From: Catajapyx aquilonaris
Lineage: Eukaryota
NCBI GenBank assembly: GCA_000934665.2
Contig: KZ538117.1
Coordinates: forward strand, 1 to 64,000
DNA: 64,000 nt
Direction: 5' to 3'
Shown: piece by piece, positions 13,191 to 26,939 of the stretch
Position numbering within the stretch: position 1 is the first letter of the stretch
Layout of the letters: each line of letters opens with the position of its first letter
Program-made: the position numbers and the translations under genes
Notes under the pieces: generated by a model
What the model saw: the letters and a program-made list of their open reading frames with translations, nothing else
Database searches by the model: none
Told to the model about the DNA's origin: nothing

Positions 13191-13617
13191 CATGGTGAAG
13201 GGAAACTCGCGAACAATCGCCAGGTAAACTTATAGAGTAGTACTCGCAAAATTAATATAGGGATGTGCAATATTAGTTTTTGGATCCGTTGCGTAGTTAA
13301 TGCGTAAGGCGCCCTCAAAGTGTATGGTACAATACGAGGTAAAAACGACAAAGTGCACGGGTGTCGTACCCGGATTCTTATTCTGATGGGATTTGATCAC
13401 CTTTTGCATATGGGGGCCAAGGCAAGGTATCGGAGGCCCTCGAACTGACTTTTACTTCTTTATAGCTGGCGGAACGGATGTGACGTCACGAAACTTTGAC
13501 GGCGCCGTACGCATTAACTATGTAACGGAGCCCAAAACTAATTGCACATCCCTATATTAGTTTTGCGAGTACTATCAGTCTACCTGGCGATTGTCCGCGA
13601 GTTTCCCTTCACCCTGG
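13191..13617. mobile_element. MITE with about 130-bp TIRs (Tc1/mariner-like CAGGGTG end, TA flanks)
   Basis: Left GGTGAAGGGAAACTCGCGAACAATCGCCAGGTA…GGCGCCCTCAAAGT mirrors right ACTTTGACGGCGCC…TACCTGGCGATTGTCCGCGAGTTTCCCTTCACC. Confidence 0.85.
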
Positions 13618-16600
13618 TATATGCCTTCTCACGCCATACAACCAGTGACATCGTCTTCGCTTCCAGCAACACTGCATAATCAGCAATGAGGTCATGCTCA
13701 GCGATTATGATGGTTAGAGCGTTTTAACCGGTTTGTCGGTAGACTTTCCGTGAATATTTGAAGAGCAATCTGATTACGTGACTGAAACTAGTGGCACATA
13801 GTGATTAATTATTGAAGTCACTTGTGGTGCGGCGGTGATAAGATATTTTGCGGAAGTAGCGCAGTCACGCTGTTAGCTGGTTGGCTTTTTTCCGTGCAGA
13901 AACAGCCAGCATTTACTAGATATTGATTAACAGGAATAATTATATGTCATGTGAGCGAATAGCCTGATTTGTATATTTGAGCCATGGGTTGGACCTGTGA
14001 TGTACTGTACTGAACACTTCCTAGGTCGCTCACATGTCGGTCAGTCCATACATATACCATCGTATAGTCCGGTTTCCTAATCCACACACTGTCCGGAACA
14101 TATCAGAAACACATACCCAACTCGTGCAGCTGATAGTATATCATGCAGAACAGAGTACCGCGAATATCACACCAGTTTCAACCTCTAGATGAGAGACACA
14201 TTGTGCAGGTAAATCCATGAAAAGTTGATGAAGAGCCACTGTTAATATGTAAAACGCGGTTTTGGGTTGGTGTTACATATATTGCGTGACTGGCAATTCA
14301 GATCAATGTATATTTGAAATAGTGTGAAATGTACAACCCCAAAAATTGCGTCTGATCCGGAGTGAAGAGGAAAAGGGTTGAAGAGAGGTGACAGGCGAGT
14401 GGGAGTGAAACCCAAATGGCAAGGATTTTGCTTTTCTGGCGCTTTTTGGAAGCTGGGAGCTCATACGCATACTGTAACCGGGTACGGATTGAGGGAAGGA
14501 TTTTGGTTGGGTTGGAATCTCCAATGGTAGGCTGGAGATGGGGGGCTGTAGCCACAATTATATTAAGAGCAAGACCAGGGCAAATATATTCAGCATGTTA
14601 AAATGCTGGAGTTTTCCACCTCTTTTTTGGGGGGTGATGTAGTGGTCTATATATGCTTGTGATGGTGTGATGTAAACCAAAGTGGAGATGTAAAAGGATC
14701 ACTTCCAGGATGGATTTTGTGCAGCAGTGATTTTTAATGGGTTTTCCTAATTATATTGGATGAAGAGTGATACTCAGTTTTTAAATAACTCGTTGAGTAG
14801 TGAAAATCTGGGCTGGAAATGTGAGAATTGGCAATTTTTTTCTAATTTGAAATGGCCACAAAAGGCACTATGAACCTTCCAGAATTTTAGATATTTTGCT
14901 AAAAGCCTTTAATTATGTTCTGATTAGTTTTATATAAAAAGTGTTGTGCATAAATTTAATGTATAAGATGCAGTATAATGGTATTATTGGTCTTTGTTTA
15001 TTCACATTAAGAAAGTAACTTTCTGATTTCATTTGTTGGTTCATTTAGCCACGTTTAGCATTATGCTCTCATGCATTGATTTCTGCAATATATACAGTTA
15101 CAAAAATGTTCCACAATTTTTCCTGCTTTTTTACAAGCTGTGATTTTCCCCACTAATGTTAAAAATACCAGTTGTGCTTCAGTATGAGTGACATGTTTTT
15201 ACATACCGTAGCTTTTCTAATTCAAAATATTTTAAGTCACGACCATTGTCCATCACACTTCCCCTTAACCCCATCACTCCTGCCTTGGCCACCATTAGTG
15301 TGTTTGACATGTAAGTTAATTGGTCCAGTACTCTGACCCAGCTTTTTTTTTGTCTCATAACAATACCTCCCCCCCCCCTCCCCCCAGAGAAATCGACCTG
15401 ACGTTTGAAAAATAATCCCAAATCGCTGCTATTTCCTCGACTGCCGTCACCAGCGTTCTCCAATGTAGCCTCGCCCCGAGGGAACGATAAACCCGGCGCA
15501 AAACGTGCAGTAGAGATATGCCGCATCCAAATAGTGCACCTAGGTAAATGATCATTGCCAGAGAGTGGAGGCAAATAGTTATTTGACCACAATCTGGGTA
15601 ACTTGCAATTCGCATCAGATAGGCTGTCAGTGACTATGGGACCAGTCGACGTACGGGGACAGAGTACGTGACATCTTCCGGTGTCCCCCTATATGCACCA
15701 GGAGGGATATGTTGACATCCATATCGCTAGTGGAATTTAATGCCCAGAATTTTGATGTTGCTTGTCCGACTTGTCTGTTACATCCAGAATATACTGAATT
15801 TTATGATGGTCTCTATACTGTCGCAGGCCCTTATGTTATCAATGTTGTCCATATTTTTTGATGTCCATATTATGTAACTAAATATTATGTAACCGAATAA
15901 CTAGTTGACCAGACTTTCTGGCTGAATGACAATTTGGCTCGACTTTCTGGCCAAGTGGTCACTTGCCTGGACAGGATGATATATCACCCAAAAGTCGTCT
16001 GCACCGATTTGAACAACATATGGTATAAATAGTATTGCCCTTCAATGTCTGGTCATTATGCGAAACTTAAAATTGAATTATCTATGTTCGCACCAGCCCC
16101 CCCCCCCCCTTCCCATTTTTTGGGGGAGGGCAGTTAACGCGGACGTTACCCCCAGCCCGTTCAGGTTTGAAATTTTGTGAAGGGTTGCGACAGACCCTTC
16201 TGTGTGCTGGACAATGCAGCTGTCGACATGGAATAATGAAAACCTTCATTCTCTTGAATATGGATACATCTGGTAGGGGTGGAGGAGGAAGAGAGGGAGG
16301 GATGGAGGGATGGGGGGATTGTTTGGAAAATGGCAATCTGACTTGGATTAAGGCCCCGAGCTGCACCCACGGCTAAATTAATAGCGGAGATTAGGATGCA
16401 AATGAAGCGCGACAAATGTGGGCCGAAAAATAATTTTTGCAAACTAAAAATGGCATGTTCGCTCCTTTTTTTTTTATATATACGTTTGTCCCCCCCACTC
16501 CCCACTTGACCAACTGAAAAACGAATCAAGTAACAGTTATCAATTTTGTACGGCTTACTCCCACGTATATTGTTGCGATATAATTTTGAGCATAGAATGC

Positions 16601-17823
16601 AATAAAGTAGAACACATTTATAAATGAAGCCCCCCAGCTTGAGAGTTCGTCATAGAAGAAGCGAGAGTGAATAAAGCTGATAAGCCCACTGCTACTCTGT
16701 CTGGCCTTCAAGTCATATGAAATGAATGCTGAATAGCCATGCCAGAGCACCCATTACGGATCAAAATCTTAGTATCCAATCTGGACCGAGCGTGTATATG
16801 CGAGCCCATGCCCCCCATTATGGGAATTTTGTGGGGTTAAAAATCCGTGCCATGAAACCCTACATTTTAGGATGTAGATGTAAATGTAAATAAAATCAAA
16901 ACAGCTTGCACCGCCATTTTTTTTGCTCCATCAGGCCTCACGCCACGTGTTGTTGTCAGAGAGGGGGGGGGGGGGGGNGGGGGAGGATATAAAAAAAAAC
17001 AAGTTGAAACAAGCTGTCGTTTGGACACCTGTCGACGAAAACAAACATCTTGTGGATCGTCTTTTAGCTAGTGACATTAACATTACACAGCTTCTTTCGG
17101 CAGTTATATTAAGAGTGTCACAGCAGGTGTGATAACGTCAGAAAATATCGTTATTCAATTTATTATGTAACCTACATAGTTTGAAGGAGTTAATTTAAAA
17201 GTTGGGAGTTACGATGGGATGGTAAAGTGGAATAGGAACTTTTTCAGGTCAAAAGTCGAAAAGTGATGCAAATACAATTTTCACTCAGTGTCGACGTTGC
17301 AGGAAAGTTTCTCTCATCTGATGATTGCAGGGAAACTGATTCAACCCTGGAACTTTGATTCTGTCTGGTCCCCCCCGGGAGATTGTTCTCCGGCAGTCGG
17401 TGGTATGTGCCGCTCTCCGAGGGCTCATAATAAAATCACACAGTATGTTTTCCGCAGCAGGATGATAAGCCGTATCGTAACCTCAATCTAATCCCGCCCC
17501 TTTTGCATGGATCCCCCGGCTATGGTCACAAATTATTGACATGCCTCTGCTTCGCGTTATATATGTCTGAACATGCCCTGTTAGTGACTACCTTCCAAAA
17601 AAACAATGAAGATATACTGCATATTTTTTTTTTGTAAAAAAAAAACTGCAGAAAAATGAAATAACTACAGACACAGGTGGAAAGTTACAGAAAAAGGATT
17701 CGAAGTTTTTTTCGGATTTTTTTTTTTCTTTTGTGAATTTAACGCTGCATCAACTCATTCTCATGCAAATTTTTATCCAACTTCTGGCCAAGAAAGAAGC
17801 GTATGCAGACGTTAAGGGAAATA

Positions 17824-17896
17824 AAGGACGGCAACATTTTGGGGGGGCCCGGCACATTTTAGGGGAAGTTTCTGCCCCCAAAATGTTGCCACCCTA
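17824..17896. mobile_element. Miniature inverted-repeat remnant with a hAT-like TAGGG terminus
   Basis: GGCAACATTTTGGGGG at about 17830-17845 is inverted as CCCCCAAAATGTTGCC(ACCCTA) at about 17875-17896. No clear TSD. Confidence 0.45.
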
Positions 17897-18041
17897 GGTG
17901 TTTCCAGACTTTCCCTATTCACTATGGCCTGGCTTTGGAGTCACCTGCATAGATAGCTCTTTTTCTAGCTATATCTACGCAGTTGAGCACTATATGAAAG
18001 TTTAGAGCAAGTTTCAGTAATATACCTTACAGCAGACTGTA

Positions 18042-18302
18042 CAGTGTTGGACATTAATCGAGTCATACTGCTACCGACATTTGCCAATGCGGCAACGTGC
18101 AAATCGAAGTGATATATTGCGAGCCGTGCGAGTAAGAAGAGGTAGGCCTTGGGTGACGTCACCGGCTCCATTGCCCCCAACTGGTGACGTCACCCAAGGC
18201 CTACCTCATCTGATTCGCACGGCTCGCACTCGATCACGATTTGCACGTCTGCCGAATCGAAAAATGTCGCTAGCAGTATGAAGCGATTAATGTCCAACAC
18301 TG
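18042..18302. mobile_element. MITE family B, copy 1 (TIR CAGTGTTGGACATTAAT, TA TSD; Tc1/mariner/pogo-like)
   Basis: Near full-length palindrome with TA at 18040-18041 and 18303-18304. Homologues lie at 37965-38141, 42626-42902 and 55165-55433. Confidence 0.92.
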
Positions 18303-18403
18303 TACTAAGATGTAAAGCTTGTAATTGTGTTTAACTGTCCAAATTATAGTTTTTTTTTGTAAATTAACGAAAGCCAAATAATTAGTACAATATAGTGCAT
18401 CAG

Positions 18404-18637
18404 ACCTACCGAAGCATGTTGGCATGGTGGATAAGGCGTCCGACTGCTAATCGGGAGGTCATGGGTTCGAATCCCGGGGCCGGCGACCCTGACCGTGGTT
18501 TTCTGTGGTTTTCCACGGTCTTTCTAGGACAATTCCGGTGTCGCTTCCGTATAATAGGCCACAGCCGCTTCCTTCCTTCCCTATCTTTGGAGGTTGAAAG
18601 GCAATGCTGGGCCAACCTCCTTAATATCAATTAATTC
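18404..18637 (+). mobile_element. tRNA-derived SINE family 1, copy 1
   Basis: A-box-like TGGCATGGTGG and B-box GGTTCGAATCC, with an anticodon-like arm CCGA-CTGCTAA-TCGG. The core GGTTTTCC…AGG…AATTCCGG…TAGGCCACAGCCGCTTCCTTCC resembles conserved invertebrate SINE cores (from memory, unverified). A 10-bp TSD AGTGCATCAG lies at 18394-18403 and 18638-18647. Confidence 0.9.
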
Positions 18638-20226
18638 AGTGCATCAGCACTTGATATATTCTACATCTCCACTCCTACGCATTAGAACCTAATACCTTCC
18701 CAGCACACCATCATGGTCTTAGTACTTATGAACGCTTCTCTCGCAGGGGTCAACGGGGTTCAAGCGAGATGTGCCATGCAAATGGTAGCTGATGCGTCTC
18801 ACTTGCTTCCCTTTGTGAACCTCAGCCTCAGCTGACAGTCGTGGTAACGTCGCAGACTCACATACAGTTTCTGCATAAATCGTCCAGGTGTAACACCCTT
18901 TGACGTGCGAGCCTGCAGCTTATGAAGCTCACTCTAGCATCGCATAAGTTGTTTGCAGTGCTGATGCCAAAGTAACAATACTACCTTGATTAGGAGAGTC
19001 ATTATTAATATTTCATCAGTTTTTATGCATATTAATCAACCAGTGTGTGCTCAGTTGTAAGACACGTAATCAAATTCACAAAAAAAAGGCCAAAACAAAT
19101 TTGTATCGAGTAATAGCTGCCTTTGAAGCAATGAAATTGGGATCAAAGAACAGACTGGAAGCGAATGGTCGATATCTTAACCTCAAAGTCACCTATTCAG
19201 AGCGACAGAAATAAGAGCAAATAGAGGTCTTAACAGATTAGAAAGGACTTCGACCTCAAGTCGCACATAAAATTAAAAGCCTATCCACGCCGGGGGGAAA
19301 AAAACAAGAAAGGCCTGGCTTCCAACAAGTTTCACAAGTTTGACGCTAATCCTCATGTGATTCAGAATACGAGGATATAAGTTGCAGGAACTGCCTGTAA
19401 TCATGCCATAAAGAAAATGCCGTCATTTGCGCGTGCAGCTATAGTCTACGGATTTATTATGCAGCCAGCGACTAGAAATTCGGATTTGACTGGAAATCTA
19501 GGCTTTGAAAGTTTGTAACAATATACTTGGTCACGTGACGTTCACCTCTTTGGATGACGGCTAAAAATGTAGATGACATGGACGATTAGTGGTTTTGAAA
19601 TATTCCACCCTGCTCCGATTTATGGTCGGTGTCAGAGCAGTGAATTACTGGCATAAATCTTTTGACAGGCACTGATCATCCCCCACTACAGTTTGTTAGT
19701 GATAAATGAACGCAATTAAAACAAACATTACAGTACAGTAGACCTTGTTTGTCACGTCAATTTTAATGCCTGCCGCATTACAACTATCTTCAATGAAGTA
19801 TGCCGCACCGCATTAACGAGCCATATATATGGACGTATTCGATGTAATTGGCCGAATGAGCTGATGATATTTACCAAAGATGTAGATACAAAATATTGTC
19901 ATCTACCAAACCACACTGACAAGAGAATAGGTGTGATGTGCATTGCAAAATTTGTATAACGCGTGATAATTTTTCATGCAAACTCGGGCAATACTATAGC
20001 GGTCAAAGCTTTATAAACACAAATTGTGTACATTGTGGTGTAGACCACATGTGTGGATGTGAATAGCCCGCACTTTATCTAGACATTCTATATGTGCGTT
20101 CGTAATAATGTGACATCAAGTCCTCTTTTGAAAATTAATTCTTACTAAATCATATCACATCGAACATTCCCTATAGTAAATGTTCTATGTAATACTAAAT
20201 ATCGCCGGAAAAATGAAAATGATGTA

Positions 20227-20365
20227 CTATCGGGTTCAAATACTTCTGGCCACTTTATCCTGGTCTTGAAGCAACCCTTCGCACAGACCCCACGTTAAGG
20301 AGGTGTGTGTGTGAAGGGTTGCTCAAGACTAGGATAAAGTGGCCAGAAGTATTTGAACCCGATAG
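20227..20365. mobile_element. 139-bp fold-back MITE with TA TSD (Tc1-like)
   Basis: TIR CTATCGGGTTCAAATACTTCTGGCCACTTTATCCT is perfect on both arms and extends to about 55 bp with few mismatches. TA at 20225-20226 and 20366-20367. Confidence 0.9.
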
Positions 20366-22201
20366 TACGTTACAATGCTCCAACATGTTCACTGGAAAAT
20401 GATGTATTTGCTCATCCTGCCAATATCAGCCTATAATATACCTTCACTTTGAAAACAGTATTAGACATAACACCTTTTACAGTAATTTTGTTGGGGTCTT
20501 GTAACATAATTATAATTTTTGCCAGATAGCCTACTACAGAGCAAGAAATCAAAATTTTACTAGGATTTTAGGACATTCAATTAGGATTCCAAATACACTT
20601 GACTTGGCGCTAATTATGGTTCCTCCTATACAACCTAGTCCTAGTGGGTGTAGGATTTTGAGGTTTTCCATATTTCCTAATAGTCAATCAGCTAATTAGC
20701 GTGTGATTACAATCACGCATGAATGGAAGCTTGCCTTTCGAATGATAAAAAATTATGATAATTGAAATCAAACATCTGAAATGGGCCTGTGATGAGCCCG
20801 TCGCGTTCTCATTAAATATTACGTATCTAGTGTCAGTGGTCTGTATAGTGTTTATTCCCTCAAAGTGGATAATATAAAGCACATGCATGAAAATATGCCT
20901 TCAGGAAGCTGTTAAGAAATGGAGCTTAAATAAAATTGCGTTTGTCATTCCCAACAGTACATTTTTTGCAATAAATAAATATTTGACGAGGGAACGCTAA
21001 TTAAAATATTTTGTGAAGGGGAAAAACTTGTTTGAGAGCGAAACGCTCCAGCTCTTTTTATGCGTTGAAATGTTGCCAAGGATTTGCTGAATGATGCCCT
21101 CAGGTTCCAGCGTGTATCGGTACCAAAAACTCATTTTCGCAAAATTTATGGAAAGCAATGTAATGCCTCAAGGATATGTGGCCTGCAAAATTTGCAGATT
21201 AAAACAGTGTACAGCTCTTTCCCAGCATATGGAATCTATACTTAGAGTTTTTGAAAACTGGGTGGTAAAACTGGCTGGCACATGTGCAACGCTACAAATT
21301 AGGCGACAGCTAAATATTTTTCCTGCTATATGATTTTATGAGCTCTTACCATCAGGCTAAAGAGTAGTAGATAACATACAATGTGTAACATGTCGTATAG
21401 TTCGTTTAGGTTTATGAATAGTGGGAAAATGAAACTGTTTTGCTATGTTGTCCAATGTCTGTTGGTGATATGCAAATGTCACTGTTTTTCGCAACTTGCC
21501 AAGAGGATTTGGGATTTTGGTAGGGCATGGTCACAGCTCCCAAGAAACAAAGTGCAAGTCACCTGGAAGTGGATGGTACAAATGTTGCTCTCTGGCAAGT
21601 TCAAAGCGCCGTGGTTTCCCTAATTCAGCGTACCATTACGCATTGATGGCCTTGTGTCACTTCCTTGCCGCCACGTTCAACAAGAACTGCTGTGGCTTCC
21701 CAACTTACCCGTGGACTTCTACAAGTGGGGTTACATTAAAAGAGCATGGCTTATGCAGATCCACTGTACCCAGACCTCACAAACTGTGATGCCAAATAAC
21801 CCGACAAGATAACTTTAATTTGTTTTAATTACTCAAAAAAGCGAGCGAATTATTCTCAATAATTTATGGGACCCCATTGGAATTCTGCTTGTGTTATGGT
21901 AAAGCAGGGGGGGGTCTATTAGGTGGTGAATGTCATTATCCTATTAAAATAGCAGCGAAGATGGGAGCAATAACCTGCTATTGTTGTGAAGTGCGCTTGT
22001 GGAGAACCTCATGATAATCCTAATCCACTTAGGGGATGAATTGGGAAAGGTGTTTTTGGCGACCACGCCTGTGGATATTAAAGCGCTTTTACGCCGTTTC
22101 ATAAAGGCACTCTTCTACCAGAAGCCACTTCAGCCAGATCACTCATTTCGACCTCCTCCTATACCCTCGGATATTGCACCTTCAAAGTGCAAATTTTTTA
22201 C

Positions 22202-22202
<1 letters not shown>

Positions 22203-22265
<63 letters not shown>

Positions 22266-22268
22266 TTT
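22203..22268. repeat. (TTTA)n microsatellite
   Basis: About 16 tandem units, directly visible. Confidence 0.97.
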
Positions 22269-23260
22269 GGATCAAATCAGACTGAGTGGGATTTTAGTTT
22301 TAGTTGACGTTTGATTGACTAACGAGTAAGTTGGATTATGGGCTATGGCAATTCCACCCCCTAATACTGTGCATGAAAGGCAATGATGAATAATAAGTAA
22401 GTTCTGCGTCATTACTTTAAGTCGATAGAGGTGCTTTCACGTTTGGCCTTGAGATTCATGCGTTTATACCTGTAGCGTAGCCGGAATTTGAATAAATAAG
22501 TCTGCCAGAAGGTCCTTGTTTTTTTTATGTGCAAAGTAATCAAATATTTAGGTCTTAACTTCGACGGTTAATGAGGCAAGAAGCGGTGAGCTATTGTTGT
22601 TATAACGTAAAGAACGTAACAAGGGGAACCCCCTGAACAAACCTTATTCCCCGAATTGTGGTCAACATTATCGGAAATATAATCAATGCACGGTAGAGTC
22701 ATTACGAATTAATTGGTTTGATCTGACTCCTAATTAGTCTAATTTTGAATCCGTCCTCTGAACAAAACCAGAATTTGAAGACATTTCTAAAATTAAAATC
22801 AATTTTACCATTTAAATTGAATAATGCACGTTCTTGCAAAAATCTACATAGCATGCCAGCTATTATTAGTAACTAGCGTTGCAGTGTTCCTATACATGCA
22901 GTATGACGCCAGATATTCGTACATCGCATTGCCATACTAAATTTTTTTTTGATAATGTTCTATGCCACATAGTGTAGTAATAACACACATTGAGGTTTTC
23001 TGCATGGGTGTGCCGACAGCACGGCTTCCCAGAGGTATCCTGGGAATTATTTATACAGTAGTACAGCAGAATGCACACATGGTTCACTTTCATAATGATA
23101 GAGACGGGTGAATGGAAATATCGGCCTGGGAACACTAAGAGACATGCCACCTGGGTTACATGATGATCACTATGAAAATGGGTGTCTTCGAGCGAAAATC
23201 AGAACTATTCAGAACAAACTCTATCTACTACGAATATGTGAACCAGCTCCCCTGATATCG

Positions 23261-23559
23261 TCTATATAAATAAAGCCGTTTGTGAGTCTGTCTGTCTGTC
23301 TGTCTGTCTGTCTGCCAACCGTCATTTGCATGCCATCTGTGCTCCACCCCCAGGCCGGGAGGTGTTAGGGGTTGACTACAGATGGCAGGCCAATGATCGT
23401 TACCGTTATACAGGCGGGAGAGGTTGAAGGTGTTGGATTAGGAGGACCACAGATGGCATTGGTGGGCGGACACACAGAACGACAGACAGTTGACGGGGCT
23501 ACTGGCAGGTATTTTCCCTTCATTCATTTCTTCCCGGGCAACGCCGGGTGCCGCACTAG
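23261..23559 (+). mobile_element. Non-autonomous Helitron (about 300 bp)
   Basis: Starts 5' TCTATATAAATAAAG followed by a (GTCT)n microsatellite (23286-23314). A 3' GC-rich hairpin CCCGG-GCAACG-CCGGG (23533-23548) lies 7 nt before the terminal CTAG (23556-23559). No TSD. The flanks are not the canonical A|T. Confidence 0.85.
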
Positions 23560-26500
23560 ACCATAATCGGGTCATAACTCGTGACGTGGTAAAAGAATTA
23601 AATAATAATAATATGTGCACCAGTAAGGTAGTTGAAAATGTTTCATATCAGAATCCGTGGTGTTTAATTAACAATAAAAGAATTATCAGCTTTTTAACAA
23701 AATAGCCTGAACCCGGTTGTAAAAATAAGTAAGGCGAAGAATCGTTTGGAGTACTTTTCCTTGTATAAACTAACTGCAGGCAATTGAGGGTGACTAGTAT
23801 CGTTGGGACGCTTAAGGCATAAAAGATTGAAGATGAGTATCTGACGCGATGTGGTAGGTAATAAAATGGGGATGGATGGAGGAAAAGGGAGGGGTTTTTT
23901 TGGAGATTAGGAGCCCCCTGGATAAAGAGGCGGACTGCCAAGAGCATGATTCCAAAATGGTGCTGTAAAGTAGTTAAAGTCAGCCCACAAATAATTCTCA
24001 TCAGCACAACCCATAAGCTGTGAAACTGTGACGTAATTGGAGGTGCATTGAGGCATGTACTCACCTGTATTTTGCAGCTCCAGCTCTATTGTTGGTCCGG
24101 TGTCTGTAATTGCGTCCGAGCCACATTGAAATTAAAATTCAACTGGTATTGATTTATTAATAATGGTAGCTGTAATTGTTCCTGTGGAGGTGGACCACAA
24201 AATATTATAATTATTGAATATCGATTATGTTTAGCATAAACCACCGGGATGAGCCTTCCTACGATTGAATTGCAAATTGCGGACTTTGGGCAAAAAAAAG
24301 TGCTGGCTATTAAGTTATAGCCACATAGCAAGTGATGCAATTTTTGTTTCCAAGATTGATAAAGGTTGTCAGGGCTTATTTACGTTAGCATAATAGCAGC
24401 TTGTTTACCTTGAGTAAAACCAAGCATTGTTGAAGGCTTCCTGTTATGTCAACTCTTTTTGTGAGACCTGAACACATAATGTATACAGCATTAGAGACTC
24501 CCAACTCGCATCACAAACAAGGTGAGCATCATTCAATATATGTTTACGAGACCCTTGATTTGATTGTAGTAAACTGTGTTAGGACAATTGTAGGGGTTTT
24601 GAAGCCTCCAAACTAGTTATGCATTTTTGCGGGGTTCTATATTTTTTTGACATCTGAGGGCTCTGCTAGTGACATTTCAACTCAACATTAGTCAAAAGTG
24701 GGCCAAAAATAAAAAGCTGAATCCGAATGGATAAACACATCCGGCCCGGATATGGAATTAAAATGTTGTGTTTTGACAGCATTTTTTTTTNCCAATTCTT
24801 TTCCAGCCTGTCCTTATCATCACTTTCCATCAACTTTTTTTGCAATTTTCCACCCCGTAAAATGTTGTCAGCTTCAGCATTTACCTCAATATTCTGAAAC
24901 CCGATACGCCGAATGACATCAGATAAAATGCCTCTCCTCTTGGAATAGTTCGGCATTGGCCCAGCTCTAAATGAACCATTCATACAAAATTGAATGTATG
25001 CGTGCAGTCCTGGAATTGCGGTAAATTACATGCATGCCATCACTTGATTGGTCAAGAGGTTGAGAGAGCTAGCATTGGGGGAGGAGGGGAGGAGGAGGGG
25101 GGGCATTTGATAAAAGAGGCCAATTGCATCGGAGACTGTGCCTCAACTTCCTATTCCAACTCAGACACCTGTTTCTGCCCATTGATTTCAAGCGCACTGC
25201 ATTCAAATAGGCGAGTGTTATCAATGAAGCGACGACTGATTAATCGCAAATTCATAGTTGGCATGATAAATTATGGCCGACGACTGGAATGATCGATTAT
25301 CGCAATCCCGACGCTGAAATTTTCAAGCCAACGACTCGGGGGTTGCAGTCCATTAGAAAGTCACCACGGATCATCTCTTTAGAAATTTTTTTGGGGATTT
25401 TTTTTTTTTTGTGGGAAAAAGGGGAGAATCCCCTTCGGAAATATAATTATGTGGCGAGTAATTTTCGGATCCTTGCCTCGTGAGGTTTGCAGTCAATGTT
25501 GCGTACTTTTTTTTCTCTCTCTCTCAACCCTTTTCCATGGGTCCATTTTGGAAGTTCCGGCCGCAAAAGTGAGTTGCATGCATTCAGCAAAGGCCAGTCA
25601 TGTTCTCGGGCTTATCAGAATTACGTGCATTAAGTTTATGGTACAAGTTTATTTATAGTTGTTGCTTTTAAGTAGGTTGCGAAAAAAAAGTGGGATTGCA
25701 AGTGTTTTAATTGCACTCTTGGGAAAGGGGAGTGAATAAAATGGATTGTTCTTTTCGTAGGTTCGTTATTGTGTCGCCTGTAGTCGTCTGTGGTGCAAAA
25801 TGGGATTAATTTTTAATGATATTTAATATCGTGTAAGTGACAAGGTATAGTTTTAAATTATTTCCAGAGATTTTCACTATTTTTTACTAACCTGAAATAG
25901 CACCGATTGATTTGGTTACAATTTTTATGTTAACTATTTCATTAACTAAATTCGTTCACTTTTATATATCACGGGGCATAACAGCATCAGCAACAACAAC
26001 AATAATAGACGGAAATATTGCGTCAAATGGAAAACATCCATCAAAATGAGTGATATTTTCAGATATAAAGAGAAAATACTGCTCAAATAGAGCCGAAAGC
26101 AACTTGAAAATATAAATATAAGTATTGACAACCCTGTAAAAAAATTCTCCTTAAGAATTCCTTGTTAGTGGTTGTAAACGGCCTGGAGAGCAATATGCAT
26201 TTAGGGAAAAGCCAGGGTAAAAGTGTGAAATGAAAATGAGCGTTTGGAAGTGAGGTATGTGGCGCGCAATTAGGCGAGAAATGGTCTTCATTCGTTTCCT
26301 TCACTAGTTAATCCAAGGCAGTAATTCTCCAGTCCAGTTGCGACTGGCGGCATATTTCCAACCGGCCTAATACTTTTTGCGCTAATGAGTAAGTGCGCAA
26401 GCTTCATTCACGATGGGCCGCAACAACAAAGAGAGCAATTAGCCTAAAACTCACTCAACGTCAAGAAGTTCCACTTAGTAATACGTCTTAAAAGTTTTGG

Positions 26501-26939
26501 GGAAAGGTTTTTTGGAGGATTTTCTTCTCCCCACTACCTCCCCCCCCATCCCTACCTCTCCTCCCACCATCGCGTCGTTTCAACACACATTTACTCGTCG
26601 CACTTTTCTTCTTTATTTTCTTGGAAGAAGTTGGCGTCTGGAAGTTACTGGCGCGGTGAGTAATTAGCAGCTAACGAACGCCACAGCGGCCAATCATTGA
26701 CGTCTTATTTTCCCGATAACAACTCTGCTACAAGCCAATGATTTGTACGGATGGCCATTTCATCTTGCTTCAGTACATAACACCTATAGAAACAACATTG
26801 GATGAACTGGTCATCCGTACAAATAATTGGCTGGATATACGAATACAGAGTTGTTATCAGGAAACTAAGACATCAGTGGGAAGGACCTCTCAAAACCCTG
26901 CAGAGTCACTCAGGGTCATGATCGTAGTCCAATAATATA

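Noticed and set aside
18410..18485. tRNA-Ser(GCT)-like sequence (also at about 60425-60490)
   Set aside because: The acceptor stem does not pair and there is no long variable arm. It continues into a SINE body, with a TSD in the first copy.
24666..24983. 105-aa minus-strand ORF with a charged, protein-like stretch
   Set aside because: No recognisable family or supporting exon structure, and it runs through A/T homopolymers and an N.
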